Part shown: positions 1 through 10,431 of the stretch, piece by piece
Position numbering within the stretch: position 1 is the stretch's first letter
Layout: each line of letters starts with the position of its first letter
From: an uncultured Bacillales bacterium
Lineage (GTDB): Bacteria > Bacillota > Bacilli > Tepidibacillales > Tepidibacillaceae
Length of the DNA stretch: 64,000 nucleotides
Assembly: GCA_964568525.1 (NCBI GenBank)
Contig: CAZMPM010000001.1
Location: forward strand, 21,307-85,306
Direction: 5' to 3'
Notes under the pieces: model-generated
The model's input: the letters and a program-made list of their open reading frames with translations, nothing else
What the model was told of the DNA's origin: nothing
Database searches by the model: none
Program-made: the position numbers and the translations under genes

Positions 1-107
1 ATAGGTTGCAAAGCTGCCAACAGGATAAAAACGATTGGCACGATAATTAACTTATAATTGTGTAAAGCTTCAAGAAACTCTTTTTTTGTTAATGCTAGTA
101 GTTGCAT
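1..107 (-). CDS. ABC-2 type transporter permease, N-terminal fragment (gene runs off the window start)
   Basis: The reverse-strand ATG at 107-105 overlaps the TAA of the upstream ATPase gene (TAATG). Translation is MQLLALTKKEFLEALHNYKLIIVPIVFILLAALQP, a short N-terminus followed by a hydrophobic helix. Confidence 0.5.
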   Translation of the reverse strand, partial: MQLLALTKKEFLEALHNYKLIIVPIVFILLAALQP

Positions 108-1027
108 TATTTTTTCACCACCCTTAAGAAGATATCCTCTAGCTTCGGCTCCTCAATTGAAAAAGAGCTGAAAGCGGCATCATGGTTGATTAATAGAACA
201 GGCAACTTTTGTAGGGCCTCGGCTTGATTATTAATGCAAACTATTAATTTGTTCGCTTCCAAATTAGCTGATGTGACCCATGGCTGTGCTGCAACCACCT
301 CGGTTATATTTGGTACCAAATTGATCAAATTAACCTTAATTACAGGTTCCATATACTTTTGTTTTAAGTTTACTAACTCATCATCAATTATTTTACGCCC
401 TTGATCGAGAATAATTATGTCATCACAAAGGTTCTCTGCATCGTGCAATATGTGCGTTGAGAGAATAATGGTTGTTTCTTTCTTCAATTCTTGTAAAAGT
501 TTAATGATTTGATAACGGCCTTCCGGATCGAGCGAGGAGACCGGTTCATCCAATATTAACAGCTCAGGGCGATGGATGAAAGCTTGTGCAATCCCTAAGC
601 GTTGTCTCATCCCACCTGAGTAATTGCCGATTTTTTTATTATGTTCTTTTTCTAAACCGAAGGTTGTTAACAATTCCTTAACACGTTCTTTTTTATGAGG
701 AGCAGGTAACCTGTACAGATCAGCGACATAGTTGAGAAACTCTTTGCCAGTCATCCAGTCATAAAAACGTGGCGACTGTGCTAGGTAGCCAAGCTGCTGT
801 TTATATGCTGTTGTCTGCGGGTCGATTATACGGTCATTCAAGCGGATTTCGCCAGCAGTTGCGGTGATTAAGCCAACCAAAATTTTAAGCGTAGTCGTTT
901 TGCCGGCGCCGTTAACGCCGATTAAACCAGTGCATCGACCTTTGCGAAAGTGACAGCTTAGATTATCTAAGGCTAGCTGGTGTCCATATTTTTTGGAAAT
1001 ATTATTTAGCGTAAAATACTGCTCCAT
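107..1027 (-). CDS. ABC transporter ATP-binding protein (ABC-2/drug-exporter type)
   Basis: Walker A GVNGAGKTT, ABC signature YSGGMRQRL, Walker B LLILDEP and H-loop STHIL. Confidence 0.9.
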   Translation of the reverse strand: MEQYFTLNNISKKYGHQLALDNLSCHFRKGRCTGLIGVNGAGKTTTLKILVGLITATAGEIRLNDRIIDPQTTAYKQQLGYLAQSPRFYDWMTGKEFLNYVADLYRLPAPHKKERVKELLTTFGLEKEHNKKIGNYSGGMRQRLGIAQAFIHRPELLILDEPVSSLDPEGRYQIIKLLQELKKETTIILSTHILHDAENLCDDIIILDQGRKIIDDELVNLKQKYMEPVIKVNLINLVPNITEVVAAQPWVTSANLEANKLIVCINNQAEALQKLPVLLINHDAAFSSFSIEEPKLEDIFLRVVKK

Positions 1028-1215
1028 TAATAATTCCTCCGTCCGACGATAAAGTAGATAATTGGTCCGAGCATATTAAGCAAGAGAATAATTAAGACCC
1101 AAATAATTTTTTTGTCTCTCGGCAAGACCTGTTTAGATAAACTGACAAGAGCGAGAATTTGCAAAAATACCTGTAATACTATTAATGGTAATAAAAGCAT
1201 CCAATCAATCTCCAT
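1027..1215 (-). CDS. small PLD-nuclease-N-terminal-like (PLDc_N) membrane protein
   Basis: I trimmed the start to MEIDWMLLLPL, which has a GGGGG RBS upstream. The protein has two hydrophobic helices and ends in IIYFIVGRR, typical of PLDc_N mini-proteins. Its stop overlaps the ATPase start. Confidence 0.6.
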   Translation of the reverse strand: MEIDWMLLLPLIVLQVFLQILALVSLSKQVLPRDKKIIWVLIILLLNMLGPIIYFIVGRRNY

Positions 1216-1409
1216 ACTGCACCCCCTAATAAAACAATCAGCATTGCGTCTAAAGATTATTATATCGAAATCCAACTATAATTCTATTATTATATTTAAA
1301 TAATAAGATAAGTTTAATAAACTCTGAAAAATGCTGATAAATCTGTTAAAATATAAAGATAAATAATCACTAAATTTTGCGCACTCAGAATTTTAATGGA
1401 GTGGTTTTA

Positions 1410-1985
1410 ATGAGATTGGGAATTGATATTGACGGTACAATTAAATATACGCATCGAGCGGCAATCGAAATTTATAATCGAGTGCTTAATCGTGATGTTA
1501 AGGAACAAGATGTAACGACCTACCTCTTGGACGAACCTTATGGTTTGAGCGATGAGGAAGGTAGGAAATTATGGTTACGGCTTGAGGCGGAGATTTATCA
1601 GATCGGTAAGCCGCTGGAGTATTCTGCTGATACGCTAAAAAGGTTGGAGCAGGAAGGCTGCGAAATTTATTATATTACTGCGCGCCCGAATGGTAAGATT
1701 GTACAGGAGATTACTGAAGAGTGGTTAATGAAATATAATTTTCCCTATGCTAACAAGCTTTTCATGAACTCTCAGGACAAAGCAAAGATCGCCATAGATA
1801 ATAAGATTGATCTTTTCTTTGAGGACGACCCGATGCATATTAGGAATCTAATCACTAACGGAATTCCAACGGTAGTTATGGATTGGCCGTATAATCGATT
1901 AGTTCCCAGCGAAATTCCACGGATTAAAGATTGGCTTGAAGGATTTAATTATGTAAAAAGTATACAGAAGAAGGTGCATTCATGA
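1410..1985 (+). CDS. HAD-superfamily nucleotidase-like hydrolase
   Basis: The DxDxT motif (GIDIDGTI) sits at the N-terminus. A GGAG RBS lies 8 nt before the ATG at 1410. The track ORF begins earlier at a TTG. Confidence 0.6.
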   Translation: MRLGIDIDGTIKYTHRAAIEIYNRVLNRDVKEQDVTTYLLDEPYGLSDEEGRKLWLRLEAEIYQIGKPLEYSADTLKRLEQEGCEIYYITARPNGKIVQEITEEWLMKYNFPYANKLFMNSQDKAKIAIDNKIDLFFEDDPMHIRNLITNGIPTVVMDWPYNRLVPSEIPRIKDWLEGFNYVKSIQKKVHS

Positions 1986-3010
1986 GAATTATCGATTTGC
2001 GTAGTGATACTGTAACAAAACCAACTGATGAGATGAGAGAGGCTAGTTTTCGTGCTGAGGTTGGCGATGATGTCTACGGTGAAGATCCAACAGTGAACCA
2101 TCTAGAGGAATTAGCTGCTTCGATGTTGGGTAAGGAAGCGGGACTTTTTGTGACAAGTGGAACGCAAGGAAATCAGATAGCTGTTTTAACGCATACGCGC
2201 CCAGGAGAAGAGATCATTCTTGAGGCTGAGTCGCATATTTTTTACTATGAGGCGGCAGCGGTGGCGGCGTTATCCGGGGTACAGACACGTATCATTAAAG
2301 GCACTCATGGAATGATGCCAGTACCCGAAATTGTAGCAGCAATTCGCGAAGAAGATTTACATGTTCCGCGAACCTCACTAATCTGTCTGGAAAACACCCA
2401 TAACCGCGCCGGCGGTGCAGTTTTGCCGGTAGAATATATGAAAAATGTATATCACAGTAAGCGGCAAGAGATACCAATTCACCTTGATGGTGCAAGGATT
2501 TTTAATGCAGCAGTGGCTCTTGGCGTTGATGTAAAAGAGCTGGCACAATATGCTGACACAGTCCAATTCTGTTTGTCAAAAGGCCTCAGTGCCCCGGTTG
2601 GGTCGTTGCTGGTTGGCCCGCGAGATTTTATTAATCGTGCACGCAAAATGCGCAAACGCTTAGGCGGTGGAATGCGCCAAGCGGGAGTGATTGCTGCACC
2701 AGGAATCGTTGCTTTAACTACGATGGTGGAACGGTTAAGTGAGGACCACCGCTTGGCCAAAATTATGGCGATTGGGTTGGCGGAAATTCCTGGAATATCG
2801 CTTGATGTTGACCGCATTGCAACTAATATTATTATCGCCGATATTGGCGGATTGAACACTACACCAACTGATTTTATTAAACAATTGGCTGAGTCCGGTG
2901 TTTTAGTTAGTAATTTTGGCAAGCAGTTAGTGCGTTTTACAACGCATCGTCATATTACGGAGAGCGATGTAGAATATGTACTGGAGCAAGTGAAACGATT
3001 AGCAAATTAG
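1982..3010 (+). CDS. ltaE: low-specificity L-threonine aldolase (PLP-dependent)
   Basis: The N-terminus IDLRSDTVTKPT and the motifs GTQGNQ and CLSKGL (PLP lysine region) match the family. The start overlaps the upstream stop (ATGA). Confidence 0.8.
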   Translation: MRIIDLRSDTVTKPTDEMREASFRAEVGDDVYGEDPTVNHLEELAASMLGKEAGLFVTSGTQGNQIAVLTHTRPGEEIILEAESHIFYYEAAAVAALSGVQTRIIKGTHGMMPVPEIVAAIREEDLHVPRTSLICLENTHNRAGGAVLPVEYMKNVYHSKRQEIPIHLDGARIFNAAVALGVDVKELAQYADTVQFCLSKGLSAPVGSLLVGPRDFINRARKMRKRLGGGMRQAGVIAAPGIVALTTMVERLSEDHRLAKIMAIGLAEIPGISLDVDRIATNIIIADIGGLNTTPTDFIKQLAESGVLVSNFGKQLVRFTTHRHITESDVEYVLEQVKRLAN

Positions 3011-3034
3011 TTGTTCCAAGAAAGTTGTGATTAG

Positions 3035-4357
3035 ATGGACTTGTTTTCACGAGATATAGGAAAATATGCACCGCTAGCTGATCGCTTACGTCCAAGAACG
3101 ATTGAAGAGTTTATTGGTCAAGAACAGATTATTGGCGAAGGGAAACTGTTGCGCAGGGCAATTGAGGCTGATCAATTAAGCTCTTTAATTCTCTACGGTC
3201 CTTCGGGAACTGGCAAAACCAGTCTTGCTTACGTAATTAGCCAGATGACAAGCAGTAATTTTATTCGGCTAAATGCTGTTAGCACCGGTGTTAAAGAGGT
3301 GCGCGATATTATCAAACAGGCGAGAGATGACCTGCATCTGCATGGACGTAAAACAATCCTTTTTTTAGATGAGATTCATCGTTTTAATAAGGCACAACAG
3401 GATGCGTTACTTCCTTCGGTTGAAAATGGCGAGATTATTCTGATTGGTGCGACAACTGAGAATCCGTATTTTGAAGTGAATTCGGCTTTATTGTCGCGAA
3501 GTAAGATTTTTCGACTGGAACCGCTATCGGAAAAGGATATTGAGGCGGCACTGCTCATGGCGATTAAGGATAAAGAGCGTGGACTAGGTTATTATCAGAT
3601 TGAATTTAGTGATGAAGCGATTGACCATCTAGTTGTTTCGGCAAACGGTGATTTAAGAATCGCTTTAAACGCTCTAGAATTGGCTGTAACGACGACTGAA
3701 AAGGATTCGAGAGGAATTGTTGTAATAGATAAAGAAGTTGCCGTGGACTCGATTCAAAAGCCTGCGATGCGTTATGATACTGGCGATCAGCGCTATGATA
3801 TTATCAGTGCTTTTATCAAATCGATTCGTGGTAGTGAGACCGATGCAGCACTCTACTGGTTGGCGAGAATGATCGAGTCTGGTGAAGATCCTAAATTGGT
3901 GGTTCGCCGATTAATCGTGCACGCTTCAGAAGATATTGGCATGGCTAATCCGCAAGCCCTTGAACAGGCGGTGGCGGCGCTTCATGCATTAAATTTTGTG
4001 GGATTGCCGGAGGCGGGAATTAATATTGCTCAGGCGGTTATTTATTTATGCGAGAGTCCAAAGTCAAACTCAGTAATTACAGCAATTGATCTGGCGTTCC
4101 ATGATGTTCGTTCAGGGTTGTTGGGTGGGGTGCCGATTCATTTGCGGGATGGCAGTTATGCAGGTGCAAAGGAACTCGGACATGGTGTGGACTATAAATA
4201 TCCCCATGATTATCCTAATCATTATGTCGAACAAGATTATTTCCCTGAGGGGATGGAAAAGGCGCAATATTATCAACCGAGTGACCAGGGAATGGAAGAG
4301 AAGCTACAGAAGAGAAGAAGACAGTTTAAAGCAAATCCAGCTGACGATACTGAGTGA
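3035..4357 (+). CDS. rarA: replication-associated recombination protein A (AAA+ ATPase, MgsA/RarA)
   Basis: Walker A GPSGTGKTS, Walker B LFLDEIHRFNK, and the MgsA C-terminal region (DALYWLARM, GEDP). Confidence 0.9.
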   Translation: MDLFSRDIGKYAPLADRLRPRTIEEFIGQEQIIGEGKLLRRAIEADQLSSLILYGPSGTGKTSLAYVISQMTSSNFIRLNAVSTGVKEVRDIIKQARDDLHLHGRKTILFLDEIHRFNKAQQDALLPSVENGEIILIGATTENPYFEVNSALLSRSKIFRLEPLSEKDIEAALLMAIKDKERGLGYYQIEFSDEAIDHLVVSANGDLRIALNALELAVTTTEKDSRGIVVIDKEVAVDSIQKPAMRYDTGDQRYDIISAFIKSIRGSETDAALYWLARMIESGEDPKLVVRRLIVHASEDIGMANPQALEQAVAALHALNFVGLPEAGINIAQAVIYLCESPKSNSVITAIDLAFHDVRSGLLGGVPIHLRDGSYAGAKELGHGVDYKYPHDYPNHYVEQDYFPEGMEKAQYYQPSDQGMEEKLQKRRRQFKANPADDTE

Positions 4358-4370
4358 AAGAGGGAATAGT

Positions 4371-5519
4371 GTGAGTAGATCGATTTATTTAGATAATAGC
4401 GCTACTACTGCAATGCTGCCTGAGGTAATTGCCAAAATGCAGCCTTTTTTTGCTGATCGCTACGGCAATCCGTCAAGCATTCATGGGATTGGGCAAGCCG
4501 TACGTGCGCCGATGGAGGAGGCGCGTATTAGTGTTGCTGCTGCTTTAAAAGTTGATCCGGTTCGGATTATCTTTACTAGCGGCGGTACTGAAAGTAATCA
4601 TTTAGCGGTTATCGGTGCGGCGCTAGCTAATAGGGACGCTGGTCAGGAGATCATTATCTCGCGGATTGAGCATCCAGCAGTAGCTGGTGCGGCTGAGTTT
4701 TTGCGGGAATTGGGATTTACTATTAGATATTTACCAGTAGATCAGACGGGTAAAGTTATACTTGATGAGTTAGTAGCAATGCTGACTAACAAAACGATAC
4801 TTGTCAGCATTATATATGCAAATAATGAGTTTGGCACAATCCAGGATATTACAGTGATTGGGAATTTATTACGCGAGCGGGGGATATTGTTTCACACGGA
4901 TGCGGTGCAGGCGTTTCCCGTTATTGCCATTAATGCTGCTGAATTTCCAGTTGATTTACTGTCAGTGTCCGCGCATAAGCTAAATGGACCCAAGGGTGTC
5001 GGTGCTTTATATGTTAGAAAAGGTGTGAAGCTGCAACCGCTTTTTGTTGGTTTTCAAGAGCGCAAACGACGAGCTGGGACGGAGAATGTAGCGGGGATAA
5101 TTGGATTTGCTGAAGCTTGTCGGATTTTGCTAGAGAATCGTGATGAGAAATTAACACAATTTGTTAAATATCGTAACTACATGCTGGAGCAACTGGCATT
5201 GGAGTTGAAGCCTGAGGAGTACCGGGTTAATGGTCACTTGACTGATGTTGTGCCGAGTATTCTCAATCTTAGCTTTCCTGGCATTGATAGCCATACGATG
5301 ATTACGCTTCTCGATTTAAAAGGGGTAGCAGTTTCTGGCGGTTCAGCCTGTGCAGCGGGTACTACTGACATCTCTAAAGTTATGCAGGCATTAAATTTGC
5401 CGGAGGAAATAGTGAAATCTACGATTCGGATTAGCTATGGTATTCTAAATACTATGGAAGAAGTAGAATTGGGAACGCGTGTACTAGTTAATCTTGTTAA
5501 GTCACGACGTTCAGGTTAG
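4371..5519 (+). CDS. cysteine desulfurase (NifS/IscS class, YrvO-like)
   Basis: GTG at 4371 follows an AGAGGGAA RBS. The sequence reads IYLDNSATT...SAHKLNGPKG (PLP lysine)...SGGSACAAG (active-site Cys). The first 95 codons of the track ORF overlap rarA and are an artefact. Confidence 0.85.
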   Translation: MSRSIYLDNSATTAMLPEVIAKMQPFFADRYGNPSSIHGIGQAVRAPMEEARISVAAALKVDPVRIIFTSGGTESNHLAVIGAALANRDAGQEIIISRIEHPAVAGAAEFLRELGFTIRYLPVDQTGKVILDELVAMLTNKTILVSIIYANNEFGTIQDITVIGNLLRERGILFHTDAVQAFPVIAINAAEFPVDLLSVSAHKLNGPKGVGALYVRKGVKLQPLFVGFQERKRRAGTENVAGIIGFAEACRILLENRDEKLTQFVKYRNYMLEQLALELKPEEYRVNGHLTDVVPSILNLSFPGIDSHTMITLLDLKGVAVSGGSACAAGTTDISKVMQALNLPEEIVKSTIRISYGILNTMEEVELGTRVLVNLVKSRRSG

Positions 5520-5555
5520 TGTATAATATTTACATAAAGTGCTGTGCGGGGCAAG

Positions 5556-5584
5556 TTGACAAGCATTAGACCGCTGGTTATAAT
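5556..5584 (+). promoter_or_regulatory. sigma-A type promoter for alaS
   Basis: TTGACA (5556-5561), an exact 17-nt spacer, then TATAAT (5579-5584), about 50 nt upstream of the alaS start. Confidence 0.6.
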
Positions 5585-5633
5585 AATTTTCAAATTGTTT
5601 TAAATGATAAATTACTAATGGAGGAATCGATTG

Positions 5634-8282
5634 ATGAAAAAGATGAGTTCACAGGAGATAAGAAAGTCCTTTTTAGACTTTTTTGTAGAAAAGGGCCATG
5701 CAATTGAGGCAAGTGCGTCGTTAATTCCTTACGATGACCCATCTTTGCTCTGGATTAACAGTGGCGTTGCTACGCTAAAACCGTATTTTGATGGTCGCGC
5801 GATACCAGCTAATCCGCGGATTGTAAATTCACAAAAATCGATTCGGACAAATGATATAGAGAATGTCGGCAGGACTGCTAGACATCATACTTTTTTTGAG
5901 ATGTTGGGCAATTTCTCGATTGGAGACTACTTTAAAAGAGAAGCAATTATCTGGGCGTGGGAGTATTTAACTGCTGAGCGTTGGTTAGGCTTTGATCCGG
6001 AGAAATTGTCGGTAACAATCCATCCTGATGATGATGAAGCGTATGAAATTTGGCATCAAGAGGTTGGATTACCGAAGGAACGAATTTATAAATTAGCGGG
6101 GAACTTCTGGGACATTGGTGAAGGTCCGAGTGGTCCGAATACGGAAATATTTTATGATCGCGGAGAAAAATACTGTAATCCATCCTGTAGTGAACCTGAT
6201 TCAGAGTGCTATCCTGGTGGCGAGAATGAACGTTATCTAGAAATCTGGAATCTGGTTTTTTCGCAGTTTAATCATAATCCAGATGGCAGCTATACACCGC
6301 TACCGAAAAAGAATATTGATACAGGAATGGGACTTGAACGTCTAGCATCAGTGGTGCAGGATGTTGAAACGAATTATGATACCGATTTATTTGTGCCAAT
6401 TATCGCTGAGGTTGTCTCCCTAGCTGGGGTTAAATACAACGAAAATGGAGAAACGGATATGGCGCTTCGCGTTATTGCGGATCATATTAGAACGATTGTT
6501 TTTGCAGTTGGTGATGGGGCGTTGCCATCTAATGATGGGCGTGGCTATGTAATTCGTCGTCTGCTTCGTCGTGCAGCAAGATATGGCAAAAAGATCGGGA
6601 TTAATCAGCCGTTTTTGTATCGCCTAACCAAGGTGGTCGGAAATATTATGCAAGATTATTATTCGGAAATACTTGTGAAGAGTGATTTTATCGAGCGGGT
6701 AATTAGGGGTGAGGAGGAGCGTTTTTCCGAAACTTTATCTGATGGGCTAGCAATTTTAGAACAGATTGTTGCAAAAACTAAAAAAGAAGTCAAAACACAG
6801 ATTTCAGGTGAGGAGAGCTTTAAGCTATATGATACCTACGGATTTCCGCTTGATCTAACAAAAGACCTGGCAGGGGAGCAAGGACTAAAGGTTGATGAAG
6901 TGGGCTTTAAAGCTGAGATGGAGAAACAGCGCAAGCGTGCACGTGATGCACGTGTTGACGTAGATAGTATGCAGGTTCAAGGTGGAATTATCGGTGAAAT
7001 TGCTGCTGATAGCAAGTTTGTCGGATATTCCGATGTTAATCTACAGACTGTGATTACGCATATTATTGTGGATAATCAAATTGTAAGCGAATTAAAAGCT
7101 GGTGATAAGGCACAGGTTTTGTTAGCAGAGACGCCTTTTTATGCTGAAAGCGGTGGTCAAATTGCTGACCAAGGCCTGATTACAGCCTCAGGTGGTGAAC
7201 TTCAGGTTCTAGATGTAACGAAGGCACCAAATGGCCAGCATTTACACCATGTACAAGCGGTTAGCGGCGTTATTAAAGTTGGCGATCAAGTGACTGCCAA
7301 AATTGATTCGTCAATTCGTAATAGTGTTACCAGAAATCATACGGCGACGCATTTGCTACACAAAGCATTGAGAGAGGTTTTAGGTGAACATGTGCATCAA
7401 GCTGGTTCGTTAGTATCTTATGATAAGCTGAGATTTGACTTCTCGCATTTTAGTGCTGTCACAGCGGACGAGCTTAAACAGATTGAGACAAAAGTAAATA
7501 CGCAAATCTGGAGTAATCTAACGGTTGATGTTAGTATTAAAAATATTAACGAGGCAAAAGAGCTTGGTGCTCTTGCTTTGTTTGGCGAAAAATATGGTGA
7601 TGAGGTTCGCGTTGTAAAAGTAGGCGACTACAGTATGGAGTTATGCGGCGGTTGCCACGTTGGCAACTCATCAGACATCGGACTATTTAAAATTATCAGC
7701 GAGAGCAGTATTGGCGCCGGTGTAAGAAGAATCGAGGCTGTTACTGGACGTTACGCTTATGAATATTTAAATGAACAGAGTGAGTATCTGAGTCAACTGG
7801 CACATGAGCTAAAGAGTAAACCGTTAGCAGTGCAAGAGAAAGTAGCGGGTTTACAACAGACAATAACTGAGCTTAAACGTGAAAATGAGTCTTTAAAAGC
7901 GAAACAGAGTAGTAACGCATCTGTTGATTTACTTGATAAGATTGTGGAGATTGCGGGGATAAAAGTGCTTGCGGCGGAAGTTGCGCCAACTGACATGGGT
8001 ACGGTTCGCAACCTAGTTGATGAGTTAAAGCAAAAGCTGGGTTCAGGAATTGTTTTGATTGCTAGCGCAAATGATGGTAAAATAAATTTGGTAGCCGCTG
8101 TATCTGAGGATTTAGTAAAAGCGGGTTACCACGCAGGCCATCTGGTAGCTAGTGCTGCAAAAGAGGTTGATGGTGGAGGCGGTGGCCGTGCTGATATGGC
8201 GCAGGCCGGTGGTAAGGATCCAACAAGGGTTGCCGCTGCACTTAATAAAGTGGCTGAGTATATAAAATCAGTTACTAAGTAA
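5634..8282 (+). CDS. alaS: alanine--tRNA ligase
   Basis: 882 aa. Class II core motifs are present ([15 protein letters not shown]-like [15 protein letters not shown]), plus the editing-domain HTATHLLH and CGGCHV motifs and a C-terminal DHHA1 GGGGG region. A GGAGG RBS lies 8 nt upstream. Confidence 0.97.
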   Translation: MKKMSSQEIRKSFLDFFVEKGHAIEASASLIPYDDPSLLWINSGVATLKPYFDGRAIPANPRIVNSQKSIRTNDIENVGRTARHHTFFEMLGNFSIGDYFKREAIIWAWEYLTAERWLGFDPEKLSVTIHPDDDEAYEIWHQEVGLPKERIYKLAGNFWDIGEGPSGPNTEIFYDRGEKYCNPSCSEPDSECYPGGENERYLEIWNLVFSQFNHNPDGSYTPLPKKNIDTGMGLERLASVVQDVETNYDTDLFVPIIAEVVSLAGVKYNENGETDMALRVIADHIRTIVFAVGDGALPSNDGRGYVIRRLLRRAARYGKKIGINQPFLYRLTKVVGNIMQDYYSEILVKSDFIERVIRGEEERFSETLSDGLAILEQIVAKTKKEVKTQISGEESFKLYDTYGFPLDLTKDLAGEQGLKVDEVGFKAEMEKQRKRARDARVDVDSMQVQGGIIGEIAADSKFVGYSDVNLQTVITHIIVDNQIVSELKAGDKAQVLLAETPFYAESGGQIADQGLITASGGELQVLDVTKAPNGQHLHHVQAVSGVIKVGDQVTAKIDSSIRNSVTRNHTATHLLHKALREVLGEHVHQAGSLVSYDKLRFDFSHFSAVTADELKQIETKVNTQIWSNLTVDVSIKNINEAKELGALALFGEKYGDEVRVVKVGDYSMELCGGCHVGNSSDIGLFKIISESSIGAGVRRIEAVTGRYAYEYLNEQSEYLSQLAHELKSKPLAVQEKVAGLQQTITELKRENESLKAKQSSNASVDLLDKIVEIAGIKVLAAEVAPTDMGTVRNLVDELKQKLGSGIVLIASANDGKINLVAAVSEDLVKAGYHAGHLVASAAKEVDGGGGGRADMAQAGGKDPTRVAAALNKVAEYIKSVTK

Positions 8283-8297
8283 ATCGAGGTGTTGATA

Positions 8298-8576
8298 GTG
8301 GAAAATAATGATAGCACCATGAAGTTTGACGTAAAGGAAGAGTTGGATCGAGTTGAGCCGGACAAAGTGCTGCTGGAGGTTTATGAGGCGCTTGTTGAGA
8401 AAGGCTATAACCCAATTAACCAGATTGTTGGTTATCTTCTATCTGGAGATCCAGCCTATATTCCACGTCATAACAATGCAAGGACGCTGATTCGCAAGGT
8501 AGAACGGGATGAGTTGATTGAAAGCTTGGTAAGATTCTTTCTTGTGCAGCACTACGACGACAAAGGTGATGAATAA
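8298..8576 (+). CDS. IreB/YrzL family regulatory phosphoprotein (UPF0297)
   Basis: [26 protein letters not shown] is the signature of this family. Its position between alaS and ruvX matches Bacillus. The start could be 8289 or 8298. Confidence 0.8.
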   Translation: MENNDSTMKFDVKEELDRVEPDKVLLEVYEALVEKGYNPINQIVGYLLSGDPAYIPRHNNARTLIRKVERDELIESLVRFFLVQHYDDKGDE

Positions 8577-9002
8577 TTGGACAAGCGAGTAGTTCGCGCA
8601 CTGGGGCTAGATGTCGGCGATGTCCGAATCGGTGTCGCGGTAAGTGATTCTTTAGGCTGGACAGCTCAAGCGTTAAAGGTTATAACTCGAGCTGAATTGG
8701 CTAAAGATTTGGCTGAGATTAAACAAATTATTGGCGAGTATGATGTTGAAGAGCTTGTTGTCGGCTTGCCGAAAAATATGGATGGAACGCTGGGATCGCG
8801 CGCGGAGAAAACAATGGCTTTTGTTGATGAATTGAAGTCAGAAATTGATTTGCCGATTGTGCTCTGGGATGAAAGGTTAAGCACTGTTTCTGCAACTAAG
8901 GCATTGCTTGAAGCTGACTTGAGTCGTCGCAAACGAAAAGAGGTAGTTGATAAAATAGCTGCAGTTATTATATTGCAAGGCTATTTAGATGCGAAGAGGT
9001 GA
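8577..9002 (+). CDS. ruvX: Holliday junction resolvase-like / pre-16S rRNA nuclease RuvX (YrrK)
   Basis: LGLDVGDVRIGVAVSD N-terminal motif and VVGLPKNMDGT. TTG start. Confidence 0.9.
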   Translation: MDKRVVRALGLDVGDVRIGVAVSDSLGWTAQALKVITRAELAKDLAEIKQIIGEYDVEELVVGLPKNMDGTLGSRAEKTMAFVDELKSEIDLPIVLWDERLSTVSATKALLEADLSRRKRKEVVDKIAAVIILQGYLDAKR

Positions 9003-9007
9003 GAATG

Positions 9008-9277
9008 ATGGCTAGATATGCTGAGAATGAAGAATTTATTTTTATTGAGAATGAAGATGGTAGTGACGAAAAGTATGAAATTTTGTACGAATTCGAGGCA
9101 GAAGACACTGACTATATTCTGTTAATATTAGCGGATTTACCAGATGATGAAGATGAGGCAGAGGTTTTTGCCTTTAGATATGTTAAAGAAGGAGAAGATC
9201 TCCGTCTAGAAGTGATTGAGTCTGAAGAAGAGTGGGAGATAGTTGAAGAGGTTTTTAACACTTTAGCAAACCAATAA
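9008..9277 (+). CDS. DUF1292 family protein (YrzB-like)
   Basis: An acidic roughly 90-aa protein with EKYEILYEFE...DYILL and EEWEIVEEVFNTL motifs. Syntenic with B. subtilis yrzB. Alternative starts at 8999 and 9005. Confidence 0.75.
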   Translation: MARYAENEEFIFIENEDGSDEKYEILYEFEAEDTDYILLILADLPDDEDEAEVFAFRYVKEGEDLRLEVIESEEEWEIVEEVFNTLANQ

Positions 9278-9287
9278 TGAGTATTCT

Positions 9288-9322
9288 AACAATGAGAGAT
9301 GCTAGTCTCTCATTGTTTTTTG
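9288..9322 (+). terminator. rho-independent terminator
   Basis: A 12-bp perfect stem AACAATGAGAGA/TCTCTCATTGTT, a 6-nt loop, then a T-run. Confidence 0.75.
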
Positions 9323-9380
9323 TTGGATTTTATGGTAATTTTAAATGGCGCAATATCGCGAAATGGGAGGCTATAAATTT

Positions 9381-10418
9381 ATGGGCAAAGCTAAAAAAAA
9401 TGGTGTAATAGTTCTTCTTTTATTAATTTTAATTGTTATAGCGGTGGTTGGTGTTTATTATTATTTTGCGTCGGCTGTCGATAAAAATGATAGTACTATT
9501 ATTGAAATAACGATACCTGCAGGCAGTTCAACAACTGCAATTGCTGGAATTTTGAAGGATAACCAACTGATCCAAAATGAGCTATTTTTCCGATATCAGG
9601 TGAAACGCCTGGGAGTTGATGCTCAGATGAGAGCGGGTAGTTATGAATTAAGTAAGAGTCAGAGTGTAGAGCAGATTATTGAAGTGCTTGTTAAAGGAAA
9701 TGAAAAAATTGAGAGCGTGCGTTTTACAATTCCGGAGGGATACAACATAGTCCAAATTGCTACGAAATTAGCTGATGAAGGTCTGGTCGACCGCGATCGT
9801 TTTATACAGTTAGCCAAAGAAGGTAATTTTGATTATTCTTTTGTGAAAGCAATTCCTAATGACAAGGATATTAAGTATAGGTTAGAGGGTTATCTTTTCC
9901 CTGAAACCTATGAGATTAAAGTGGGGGCTTCTGAAGGGGACATAATTAATCGAATGCTTGATCAGTTTGCCGATGAGTGGAAACCGGAATGGGATGCGGT
10001 GATAAAGGAACGTAATCTAACGATACACGAGGTGGTTGCTCTTGCTTCAATCGTTGAACGTGAAATTATCGTTGATTCAGAGCGACCAATCGCTGCTGGT
10101 GTATTTACAAAACGGTTAGACCAGTCTTGGCGTTTAGAATCATGTGCTACAGTTCAGTATGTATTGGGTAAGCAAAAGGCACAGTTATTACTTACTGATA
10201 TGGCGATTGTCGATCCTTATAATACTTATGTGAACAATGGATTACCACCAGGAGCAATTGCCAGCCCGGGCAGAGCTTCACTTGAAGCAACAGTATATCC
10301 GGAAAACAATCCTTACTATTTCTTCGTAACGAAGAAGGATGGATCAAATACCCATTACTTCTCCAAAACATACGAAGAACACTTAGCTAACGACGCTAAT
10401 TCGCGTGGAAGCTGGTAG
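9381..10418 (+). CDS. mltG: endolytic murein transglycosylase MltG (YceG/YrrL)
   Basis: An N-terminal TM helix, a LysM-like fold region and the YceG catalytic region (LEGYLFPETY, ASIVEREI). A GGGAGG RBS precedes the ATG at 9381. Confidence 0.9.
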   Translation: MGKAKKNGVIVLLLLILIVIAVVGVYYYFASAVDKNDSTIIEITIPAGSSTTAIAGILKDNQLIQNELFFRYQVKRLGVDAQMRAGSYELSKSQSVEQIIEVLVKGNEKIESVRFTIPEGYNIVQIATKLADEGLVDRDRFIQLAKEGNFDYSFVKAIPNDKDIKYRLEGYLFPETYEIKVGASEGDIINRMLDQFADEWKPEWDAVIKERNLTIHEVVALASIVEREIIVDSERPIAAGVFTKRLDQSWRLESCATVQYVLGKQKAQLLLTDMAIVDPYNTYVNNGLPPGAIASPGRASLEATVYPENNPYYFFVTKKDGSNTHYFSKTYEEHLANDANSRGSW

Positions 10419-10431
10419 TTAGGAGCTGAGC

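Noticed and set aside
2295-2922. Antisense ORFs of 62-147 aa inside the threonine aldolase gene. Similar antisense ORFs occur at 16701-17228, 23773-24159, 29314-29646, 29942-30409, 36629-37126 and 38214-38471.
   Set aside because: All lie entirely within strongly supported genes on the opposite strand. They lack an RBS, and their composition is the mirror-frame type rich in Ser, Pro, Ala and Ile.
4086-4370. A 95-codon N-terminal extension of the cysteine desulfurase ORF in the track.
   Set aside because: It lies inside the 3' end of rarA in another frame and translates to low-complexity, hydrophobic nonsense. The conserved desulfurase N-terminus (IYLDNSATT) begins right after the GTG at 4371, which has a good RBS.
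5520-5633. A possible T-box leader upstream of alaS.
   Set aside because: Only about 50 nt lie between the consensus promoter and the start codon. There is no specifier hairpin, T-box sequence or terminator.
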